Assembly (NCBI GenBank): GCA_035583355.1
Contig: DATEZQ010000003.1
Coordinates: forward strand, 65,844-129,843
DNA length: 64,000 nucleotides
Source of the DNA: Minisyncoccota bacterium
GTDB taxonomy: Bacteria > Patescibacteriota > Minisyncoccia > Phycocordibacterales > UBA6899
Direction of reading: 5' to 3'
Below, one piece after another: positions 1 to 6,432 of this stretch. Numbering within the stretch: position 1 is the stretch's first letter; the number at the start of each line of letters is the position of its first letter. Position numbers and translations under genes: made by a program. A model generated the notes under the pieces. It did not search any database, was not told where the DNA came from, and saw only the letters and a program-made list of their open reading frames with translations.

Positions 1-99
1 CACCGCAGCAAGCTGTTCACGAAGCAGAGGATCACGTGCTATACGCTTCTTGAGACGCACAACATCAGCTTCTGTCTTAAGTTCTTCAAAAATCCCCAT
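1..99 (-). CDS. 5' end of an unidentified gene running off the window (ATG at 99..97; N-terminal peptide MGIFEELKTEADVVRLKKRIARDPLLREQLAAV)
   Basis: Hand translation of the minus strand gives an open frame from the ATG at 99 to the window edge. No clear RBS; identity unknown. Confidence 0.25.
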   Translation of the reverse strand, partial: MGIFEELKTEADVVRLKKRIARDPLLREQLAAV

Positions 100-226
100 A
101 GATAGTTTTTAAGGTAGCATAAAATGCCATACCTGTCCCTCAGATATATCTTCATTACATTGACATATTATATATTATGTTTCATAAAGAAAAAAAACAA
201 AACTACCAGTAAAGCGCTCAACCACA

Positions 227-263
227 ATGTCCTTTATAGAATTGTCATACTCATAAAGGACAT
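227..263. repeat. Perfect 11-bp inverted repeat (atgtcctttat ... ataaaggacat) with a 15-nt loop
   Basis: Read directly. It lies immediately upstream of tandem DnaA boxes in a 600-bp non-coding region. Confidence 0.7.
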
Positions 264-272
264 CAAATGGTT

Positions 273-291
273 TTATCCACAGCTATCCACA
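273..291 (+). promoter_or_regulatory. Tandem direct DnaA boxes: TTATCCACA (273..281) and CTATCCACA (283..291)
   Basis: One perfect consensus 9-mer plus a 1-mismatch copy, 1 nt apart. The site is far (about 24 kb) from the dnaA-linked origin, so it is a candidate DnaA-regulated promoter or titration site. Confidence 0.45.
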
Positions 292-714
292 AGAAGTCCT
301 TGATGACTTTCAATATGTCCTATATACTCTATACAGATACGAATCAGCTATGTGAACAATATGAGGCCTCAAAAATTTGGCCCAAATCATCACTAAAATA
401 GCAACAAAAAGTTCGACCCTGTTCTTTCCACAACAAAAAAATACGTTTTCCTCCAACAATTCAACCCCGAGTACGCTTTGCGACTTGGGGTTTCTCTTAT
501 CTGCGAGCGCTCTGGCTCACCATATCCCGCGTATAGCGCGCTCACGAAACAAACTAACAGCCACCAGGGTTGCCCCAACATATCGCCCCATCCACAGTCG
601 AGGCGTTATTACGCCCCAACTAGGCCGGGAGGCCGAATCAGACTCAGGAGCTCGAACAATTTCTCTTACGGCAGTAAAGGAAAAATCGCTCAGTTGAGCG
701 ATTTTCAATGTCCT

Positions 715-1488
715 TTACAGCTGTAAGAGAAATTGTTCGAGCGAGTATTCCAGGTCGCATTCTCCTCGATGGGCACGATGATACATGTCCTTGAGATCAT
801 CGAGGCGCGTACATATTTCCGTAGGCTTATACTTCTCCATTCCCCTGAGACCACTATTGTATGAATTTGCCTTTATTCCTGACGCAAGTGCATCAGCCTT
901 TGGAAGCGTAGCAACCGCGGTAAGCGTCTTAAATGCCCAAAAGAGCATTCCATGAAGAGCCTCCATCGCCTCACCCTTTCGCCTACTTTTTTCAAACTCT
1001 ACCCAGGCTGTCTTTCGATCGCGAACCATTGCAGCGTCCGCGAGCGCAAATGCGGAAAAATCATTCTTCTTTTCTTTTTTCGGTAGGGCAAATTGTGATA
1101 TTTCTCCATACTTTTCAAGCTTTGCGAGCAATGGCTTCTTTGGAGCAACTTCACGTATAAGAACGATATGGTCACTCGTAAGATCCTGTTTACTATAAAA
1201 CGCTTCTCCGGCAGGATTTGAGAGGATATCATCAAATATAATGATATTCTTGGGTGCAAACAAATTTCCCTCGACGAATGACTCCAATGCGGCCTCCTCA
1301 GTGAAGTTTTGGTCGTCAAATTTTACAAAATTAGCCCCAGGAACCTCTTCCTGTAGTCGCGCAACCGCGCTACGCAACGCCGAGCGGGCTGCGAGCGTAT
1401 CATCTCCAACAAATGCGAGCAACATACGGCTATTATATAGGCTTTTAAGGGTTATGGGAATACGGGGATAACTTAAATATTCTCTCAA
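715..1488 (-). CDS. holA: DNA polymerase III delta subunit-like protein (HolA-like), short form
   Basis: 257 aa. The N-terminal LLAFVGDDTLAARSAL region and the C-terminal AFALADAAMVRDRKTAWVEFEKSRRKGE region resemble HolA domains I and III. Assignment by family resemblance only. Confidence 0.45.
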   Translation of the reverse strand: MREYLSYPRIPITLKSLYNSRMLLAFVGDDTLAARSALRSAVARLQEEVPGANFVKFDDQNFTEEAALESFVEGNLFAPKNIIIFDDILSNPAGEAFYSKQDLTSDHIVLIREVAPKKPLLAKLEKYGEISQFALPKKEKKNDFSAFALADAAMVRDRKTAWVEFEKSRRKGEAMEALHGMLFWAFKTLTAVATLPKADALASGIKANSYNSGLRGMEKYKPTEICTRLDDLKDMYHRAHRGECDLEYSLEQFLLQL

Positions 1489-1530
1489 TTACTTAAGATT
1501 TTTGAGCAAACGCCATGCTATAATCAGCAC

Positions 1531-1977
1531 ATGAATGGACACCCCATCTTACGTTTCTTTGTCTATGCACTTTTCGCACTTCTCGTCATCTCGTCAGTCA
1601 TGCTCGCAATGCCTGGGGCTTTTTCTCCTGCCCGTGACCACAATAAAGACACAGCAGGAATAGCGCTCCCCGAGGGTCAACACCGCTTCCGTCTTAATCA
1701 AACGGTGAGTGTTCGCGGAATTTCATTCACGCTCACTAGAGTCGAGAGCGACGACCGCTGCCCTGAAGGCACACAATGCATGGTAAGGGGAAGCGCAACT
1801 CTTGTAATGCACGTCAATACGAGCGCAACCGAGGAAGACATTCGCATCGACACCAACATTCCAACACTTTACGCTCTATTCTCTATTCGTGTAGTGAGCC
1901 TTACTCCGATCCCCACCAATGGTGATGTGGCAACTGAAGCGGTCATTGAGATTCTCGACACCTCAACCAATCAATAA
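1531..1977 (+). CDS. Hypothetical N-terminally membrane-anchored or secreted protein (148 aa), leaderless
   Basis: Hydrophobic N-terminus FFVYALFALLVISSVMLAMPGA. An extended -10 tgcTATAAT at 1515..1523 sits 7 nt before the ATG with no SD, which indicates a leaderless mRNA. Confidence 0.55.
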   Translation: MNGHPILRFFVYALFALLVISSVMLAMPGAFSPARDHNKDTAGIALPEGQHRFRLNQTVSVRGISFTLTRVESDDRCPEGTQCMVRGSATLVMHVNTSATEEDIRIDTNIPTLYALFSIRVVSLTPIPTNGDVATEAVIEILDTSTNQ

Positions 1978-2003
1978 AAACTCACGCATCGCGTGAGTTT
2001 TTA
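1976..2003. terminator. Bidirectional rho-independent terminator (aaaaactcacgc-atc-gcgtgagttttt) between convergent genes
   Basis: Perfect stem flanked by A and T runs. It overlaps the stop codons of both convergent ORFs. Confidence 0.7.
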
Positions 2004-3149
2004 TATGTATTGCCTTATTTCACTCCAAATACGTTGATCCATTCCTCCATCAATCTTGAAGATTGCCACACCATAAAGACCATAACGCTCAGCAAGTAAC
2101 AACTTCTTTTTCACCGCAACGGCATCGGTAAAAGTAATGAAATACTGTACATTATCTTTTTTATAACCAAACTGAAGCTCACCCGCTGCATTGCGTAGTG
2201 GTGTTGTATTGTATTGTCTCGCTCGTTTTACCGCATCACCATAATTCAAGGCACCAACATGTGTATACGTTGTATGTGCTCCATTCTTTTTTGCAGAATA
2301 TACATTTCCGTATGTTGGTATACCAAGAACAAGTTTCTTGCGGTCAATTTCATAAATAGCCTCCTTGATTGTTTTTTCTACCCAAGCGTTGTCTGCAACT
2401 GGTCGATAGAAAACATCTCCATTCTCAAATACAAGTGTTTGATCATCATCTCTTTGATCATATGCCATAATTCGCACCGAATCACAGTATTTATTGAGCG
2501 TAGCATAATCACTTGCGTGAGACATACCGCGAGGAAGCTGCCACAAACGATCTTCAGCAGGTGTGCGCGCCTCAACCGTACACTGCAAAATCTTCTGTTC
2601 TTTAGCGAGTGCGATAGATAACTCTTTTATGAACAAGGAATACGCATCTCGTGTGCGCAACCATTTACCTTCATAATCGATATCAATTCCATCATATTTT
2701 TCATTTTTTACTGCTGCAAGTATCATCGCAATGTGTGCCTTTCGGAGCGTGCTACTCCCGAGTGTTAGATCAATCTGCTCTGGATTAAACCAGGCAATAG
2801 TGGGCACCACCTTTATCCTTACTCCGTGGGTGCTCGTACTCAATTGCCCCCACAAGCCACGATCGCCTGAGAACCTATCAAATAATGTTCCATCTGGGTT
2901 CACCTCGAACGAAAAAGGGCTAATTGTTGTAAATGACTCGCGATGCATCTGCACCTCCTTTACACCACCTTCCTTCGCCCAGAAAGGTACCCAGCCATGC
3001 AAAGTAAGCGTACGCAAAGGAACAACCTGCGCGACTCTGCTTTCGGGCAAGGACGTGGTGATATTTAGTTGAGAAGCCAAATTTGCTCCAGGAATTCCCA
3101 CAACTGCAGCAAGTAGTAGGGTGATGATCTGCGTCGTCATACTTATCAT
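2001..3149 (-). CDS. Secreted glycoside hydrolase family 18-like protein (paralog 1). The ORF track extends to 3197; the likely start is the internal Met at 3149
   Basis: Signal peptide MISMTTQIITLLLAAVVGIPGA. GH18 catalytic motif DGIDIDYEG (DxxDxDxE). Collinear similarity to the ORF at 3893..4996. Confidence 0.7.
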   Translation of the reverse strand: MISMTTQIITLLLAAVVGIPGANLASQLNITTSLPESRVAQVVPLRTLTLHGWVPFWAKEGGVKEVQMHRESFTTISPFSFEVNPDGTLFDRFSGDRGLWGQLSTSTHGVRIKVVPTIAWFNPEQIDLTLGSSTLRKAHIAMILAAVKNEKYDGIDIDYEGKWLRTRDAYSLFIKELSIALAKEQKILQCTVEARTPAEDRLWQLPRGMSHASDYATLNKYCDSVRIMAYDQRDDDQTLVFENGDVFYRPVADNAWVEKTIKEAIYEIDRKKLVLGIPTYGNVYSAKKNGAHTTYTHVGALNYGDAVKRARQYNTTPLRNAAGELQFGYKKDNVQYFITFTDAVAVKKKLLLAERYGLYGVAIFKIDGGMDQRIWSEIRQYI

Positions 3150-3185
3150 ATATATAGTATACTGCACACCCTCCCCTTTGAAAAT

Positions 3186-3208
3186 AAAAAAGCGCACTGC
3201 GCTTTTTT
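3186..3208. terminator. Rho-independent terminator (aaaaaagcgc-act-gcgctttttt)
   Basis: Palindromic GC stem with flanking A and T runs, directly downstream of the minus-strand gene ending at 3207. Confidence 0.7.
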
Positions 3209-3773
3209 ATACTCGTGACTTTAGACGCTCTAGGTCAGCAATCGCCATCTTAAGCATAACCTCAATCTTGTCGAGTGTAGGTTTCTCTTCTTTTTCATCA
3301 TGTTCTTGGATATCGTCGATATCTTCGGAAATCTCGTCGATATCCTTTGAGATTTCGTCGATATCTTCGGAAATCTCATCAACATCCTTTGAGATCTCAT
3401 CGACATCCTCGGAAATCTCGTCGATATCGTCTCCAATTTCTCGAACCTCAGCTTGGATACTATCGATATCTTCCTCAACACCCTCCAGACTTTCTGTATG
3501 GCGATTAACCGACATCTGGATAAAAATGGAGAGGTAGATTGCCTCGAGTGATACTGCGGTTGTGAGCACAAGCATTACCGTTGAGGAATTTGCCCCGAGC
3601 ATGACAAAAACAAAGGAAGCACAAAAGAGGAGGGTGTGGACCACAAGTGATGCCGGTGAACCAATCCACGTTGTTGCCTTCTCGGCGATAGAACGCACGC
3701 GGGGCACCTTTTCAGTTACTATATTTATACTTTCTTTTATTTTCACCATAAATGTATTATACTCCAATTTCAA
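3207..3773 (-). CDS. DUF1003-like small membrane protein with a C-terminal acidic heptad-repeat array ([E/K]D[I/V]DEIS repeated about 6 times)
   Basis: Two TM segments, then IQMSVNRHTE (reminiscent of the DUF1003 core), then tandem acidic heptads encoded by 21-bp DNA repeats, then a coiled-coil tail. Confidence 0.55.
   Translation of the reverse strand: MKLEYNTFMVKIKESINIVTEKVPRVRSIAEKATTWIGSPASLVVHTLLFCASFVFVMLGANSSTVMLVLTTAVSLEAIYLSIFIQMSVNRHTESLEGVEEDIDSIQAEVREIGDDIDEISEDVDEISKDVDEISEDIDEISKDIDEISEDIDDIQEHDEKEEKPTLDKIEVMLKMAIADLERLKSRV
3317..3440. repeat. Tandem 21-bp coding repeat (gatatcttcggaaatctcgtc / gatatcctttgagatttcgtc alternating, about 6 units)
   Basis: Read directly. Two alternating unit subtypes give an effective 42-bp period. 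The repeat lies inside the CDS 3207..3773 and is a potential slippage or recombination length-variation site. Confidence 0.8.
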
Positions 3774-3892
3774 GTCACAAAACCCGATCGGTATTGTTTC
3801 TCAATAGAGCAACAACGCATCTTAACACATTCAGCCTCTTTGGTCGAATATAAAGACGCTCGCTTGGATTTTTCAGTTAAGTACTATATGCT

Positions 3893-4996
3893 ATGACCAT
3901 GAAACGCGCACTTCTTTCACTTATCATACTTTTTTCTCTCCCCTCGCTTGCTTTTGCAGCAACAACAAAGACGGCTGCACCAAAGTTTTCCTTCCAAGCA
4001 TGGGTTGCCTATTGGGATAAAGCCTCGAGTACCGCACTCGCAAGCACATACGTAAATCAGCTCGACGAGTTGAGTCCTTTTAGTTTCACCGTAGAATCTG
4101 ATGGAACAATCATCGATAGCATGTACCTCCTTAAGGACCCTTGGCCAGCACTCTACAAGGCAGCTGCGACATCAAAAAAGAAGACGAAAATCATTCCATC
4201 GATTGCCTGGTTCAAGGGAAACGAAATCCACGCAACACTGAATGACAGGGTGAAGCGCACTGCGCACGTCCTCGACATCATTGGACTGGTCACGCGCAAC
4301 AATTTCGATGGCATCGATATTGACTATGAAGGCAAGATCCTTGAATCTCGAGACGGCTTCAGTGCCTTCGTAAAGGAGCTCGGCGTTGGACTCCATGCAA
4401 AGAAAAAACTTCTTGTGTGTACGATTGAGGCACGTACTCCTTATACCGACCGAAAACCGAATGCAACCGATAAGCCACAGTATGTGAACGATTACAAGGT
4501 CCTCGCGAAGTATTGTGATGAGGTTCGTCTTATGACCTATGACCAGCAAGACGACGACCGCACACTTGTGAGCGCGAAAAGTAAATACGCCTTCTATACA
4601 CCAGTTGCAGATCCTGACTGGGTTGCAAAGGTCGTCAATCTCGCAGCAAAGGAAATCCCAAAGAATAAGCTTGTGGTCGGTATCCCCACCTACGGCACTA
4701 TCTTCAAAATTTCCATAGATAAGGGCGGAAAGCAGCATATCAATAAAATGCGCTCGATCACCTATGCAGAAGCGCTCAAACTCGCTTCTGATAAAGGTAT
4801 CTACCCGGCGCGTGGTTCTTCAGGAGAACGCACCTTCCATTACACTAAAGATGGAGTGGAATATTCCGCATCATTCCAAGACGCAGAGTCCATTCGCATA
4901 AAGATCGCGAATGCGAAAAAACTTGGAGTAAAAGGTGTAGCGCTTTTCAAAATAGACGGCAAAGCAGATCAAGATTTTTGGAAATATATAAAATAG
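3893..4996 (+). CDS. Secreted glycoside hydrolase family 18-like protein (paralog 2)
   Basis: Signal peptide MTMKRALLSLIILFSLPSLAFAA. FDGIDIDYEG catalytic motif. Aligns along its length with the 2001..3149 product (TIEARTP, MTYDQQDDD / MAYDQRDDD, GIPTYG, ALFKIDG / AIFKIDG). Confidence 0.7.
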   Translation: MTMKRALLSLIILFSLPSLAFAATTKTAAPKFSFQAWVAYWDKASSTALASTYVNQLDELSPFSFTVESDGTIIDSMYLLKDPWPALYKAAATSKKKTKIIPSIAWFKGNEIHATLNDRVKRTAHVLDIIGLVTRNNFDGIDIDYEGKILESRDGFSAFVKELGVGLHAKKKLLVCTIEARTPYTDRKPNATDKPQYVNDYKVLAKYCDEVRLMTYDQQDDDRTLVSAKSKYAFYTPVADPDWVAKVVNLAAKEIPKNKLVVGIPTYGTIFKISIDKGGKQHINKMRSITYAEALKLASDKGIYPARGSSGERTFHYTKDGVEYSASFQDAESIRIKIANAKKLGVKGVALFKIDGKADQDFWKYIK

Positions 4997-5024
4997 TAAA
5001 AGCCCTGTATGGGGCTTTTACTTT
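4997..5024 (+). terminator. Rho-independent terminator (aaaagccc-tgtatg-gggctttt)
   Basis: Stem-loop with a T-run immediately after the TAG stop at 4994..4996. Confidence 0.65.
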
Positions 5025-5066
5025 ATAGTTTTGCGCATACTGGCTACTCTATAGCATTTTCTATAT

Positions 5067-5092
5067 AAAAAAGGGCAAGCGAACTTGCCCTT
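5067..5092 (-). terminator. Rho-independent terminator (aagggcaag-cgaa-cttgccctt) for the minus-strand gene ending at 5098
   Basis: Perfect 9-bp stem with a GNRA-like loop. The A-run on plus becomes a U-run on minus. Confidence 0.65.
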
Positions 5093-5097
5093 ACTGC

Positions 5098-5727
5098 TTA
5101 GAAATATTTGACTTCGGAATTCAGAAAGACTTCACCTTTGAGCTCCTCGGGGCTCATCGTGATGAGTGCGAAGTTGAAGCCGGTCTCTTTGACATGCGAC
5201 TCATCGAGCCACCAATTCGGATGCTTCGCGAGTCCCGCGAGCATGCTGCACTTCCCTTTCTGTGCGTCACTGAAACAGAACTCGACACAGGCGGAACCGC
5301 ATGTCTCGACCTTCAGCGAGACACGGTCGACAGGAAGGATGGTCTCCATCTCATCACCATTGCATTCCCAGAAGAAACGCAGACGCTTTGGGTCAGGCGA
5401 CCCATCAGCAAGCGGAGGATGATCGACGAAGTAGGTGTAGCTGTTGGCATCGGTTTTACGGAGGCCATGCTTCCCCACAAGGGAGAGCTCCTTGAGCCGC
5501 TCATCGCGACTTCCCGGGAACAGCACATAGAAGGCCCAGAACCCCGAGCCGAACATTCCGAAGCACACGAGCAGCATGAGCGCGAGGCGCGGATGGAGCA
5601 CGGGAAGCGGAATGAAATTCGGCACCAAGAGGGCCACGAAGAAGAATCCGAACACCTTCGCGAAGAACAGCAGACGATTACGCATAGATCCTCCTCGGAT
5701 CGAATGATACTGCGGTTGAACAGTCAC
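5098..5727 (-). CDS. Hypothetical membrane protein (2 to 3 N-terminal TM helices, Cys-containing C-terminal domain). The start is possibly the internal MRNRLL at 5685
   Basis: Long ORF with a hydrophobic N-terminal half. No recognisable family. Confidence 0.5.
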   Translation of the reverse strand: MTVQPQYHSIRGGSMRNRLLFFAKVFGFFFVALLVPNFIPLPVLHPRLALMLLVCFGMFGSGFWAFYVLFPGSRDERLKELSLVGKHGLRKTDANSYTYFVDHPPLADGSPDPKRLRFFWECNGDEMETILPVDRVSLKVETCGSACVEFCFSDAQKGKCSMLAGLAKHPNWWLDESHVKETGFNFALITMSPEELKGEVFLNSEVKYF

Positions 5728-5876
5728 TACCTTGCGGTATTGTCTTTCCTGTCCAAGTTATACTACAAGCGCCTGAAATAGCAAACGCATGCAACCTGGA
5801 GAGAATAAATGCAAATCACTTACATCAGGAAGTATTTAATGGCTGAACAGAGGCCTTATATATAATGTAATAAAAC

Positions 5877-5904
5877 TTGACATTACTAACAAATCTGTTA
5901 TAAT
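5877..5904 (+). promoter_or_regulatory. Strong sigma70-type promoter: TTGACA (5877..5882), 16-nt spacer, TATAAT (5899..5904)
   Basis: Consensus hexamers read directly. Predicted TSS near 5911. It drives a roughly 370-nt transcript with no long ORF. Confidence 0.6.
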
Positions 5905-6053
5905 GTAGATACAAGTGAATAGGTGTTTTACTTCTCGAAGAGCATGTGAGCGTTCACCAGCGCCCTCATGTCCTCCTCGAGGGGGTGGTGCGATTAGCAA
6001 TCACCAAGCACGTACATTGTCTGTATGTGTCCTCCTCAAAGAAAAAAGCTATG

Positions 6054-6209
6054 AAAATCTTTCAGGCTCTGGGGTGGGGATTGTTCTTTCTCATCGTTAG
6101 AAACATGATGCCTGAAGTTTTTAGCAGCTTCACGCATTCCCTCACCACGTTCTTTCATGTCTTAGACATCGGTCTTGCCAATGCTCAATCACTGAACATC
6201 GGCATGTAA
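6054..6209 (+). CDS. Candidate small hydrophobic protein (52 aa; MKIFQALGWGLFFLIVRN...) downstream of a roughly 140-nt leader
   Basis: The ORF sits between a strong promoter and a terminator that starts 8 nt after its stop. There is no SD. CCTCCTC motifs in the leader at 5970..5976 and 6023..6029 are directly observed. The region could alternatively be a non-coding RNA. Confidence 0.3.
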   Translation, partial: KIFQALGWGLFFLIVRNMMPEVFSSFTHSLTTFFHVLDIGLANAQSLNIGM

Positions 6210-6216
6210 CCATTCC

Positions 6217-6244
6217 AAGAAGCGCCATCCGGCGCTTCTTTTCT
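6217..6244 (+). terminator. Rho-independent terminator (aagaagcgcc-atcc-ggcgcttctt plus a T-run)
   Basis: Perfect 10-bp stem directly after the small ORF stop. Confidence 0.65.
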
Positions 6245-6253
6245 ATTCCAAAC

Positions 6254-6283
6254 AAAAAACAACAGAGGTCCTGTTGTTTTTTT
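6254..6283. terminator. Bidirectional rho-independent terminator (aaaaaacaacag-aggtc-ctgttgttttttt)
   Basis: Perfect stem with A and T runs on both sides. On the minus strand it would terminate the polA transcript after element C. Confidence 0.7.
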
Positions 6284-6293
6284 GAATTTGTAA

Positions 6294-6416
6294 AAACAAA
6301 GAATTGGGATGAAATTTGCCTTTCTGGAACCGCGCGAATTCTAGCGAGCCGTATGCATAATACGGTGAGCGAATCGCGCGGCGAAGAAAGGTAAAGTTCG
6401 CCCAATTATTTGTTTT
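6294..6416. ncRNA. Candidate structured RNA element, copy C (three nested stems plus apical hairpin ccgta-tgcataa-tacgg)
   Basis: Same architecture and junction motifs (atgaaa, GAATTC-tAGCGAG-hairpin-TGAGCG, CGAA) as the copies at 11298 and 16563, with compensatory stem changes. Located 17 nt downstream of the polA stop. Confidence 0.5.
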
Positions 6417-6432
6417 TTGTTCGCCAAATTTT

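Noticed and set aside
377-726. Plus- and minus-strand ORFs of 62 to 106 aa in the 600-bp region before holA
   Set aside because: They overlap one another in several frames, have no RBS, and give low-complexity translations. The region is better explained as non-coding (DnaA boxes, inverted repeat).
3317-3440. Tandem 21-bp repeats considered as a possible CRISPR or other array
   Set aside because: The repeats are contiguous with no spacers, lie in-frame inside a CDS, and encode an acidic heptad repeat. This is not a CRISPR array.
5194-5781. 195-aa plus-strand ORF rich in His, Glu and Arg
   Set aside because: It is fully antisense to the more plausible membrane-protein ORF 5098..5727. Its composition is typical of the reverse frame of a hydrophobic gene.
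5728-6432. Search for tmRNA, RNase P RNA, SRP RNA or tRNA in long intergenic regions (also 101..714 and 14934..15570)
   Set aside because: None of the hallmark motifs were found by eye: GGAAAGTCCGGGC (RNase P), GGAAGCAGCCA (SRP), a T-loop GTTCGAATCC with CCA end (tRNA or tmRNA), or an ANDENYALAA tag frame. No call made.
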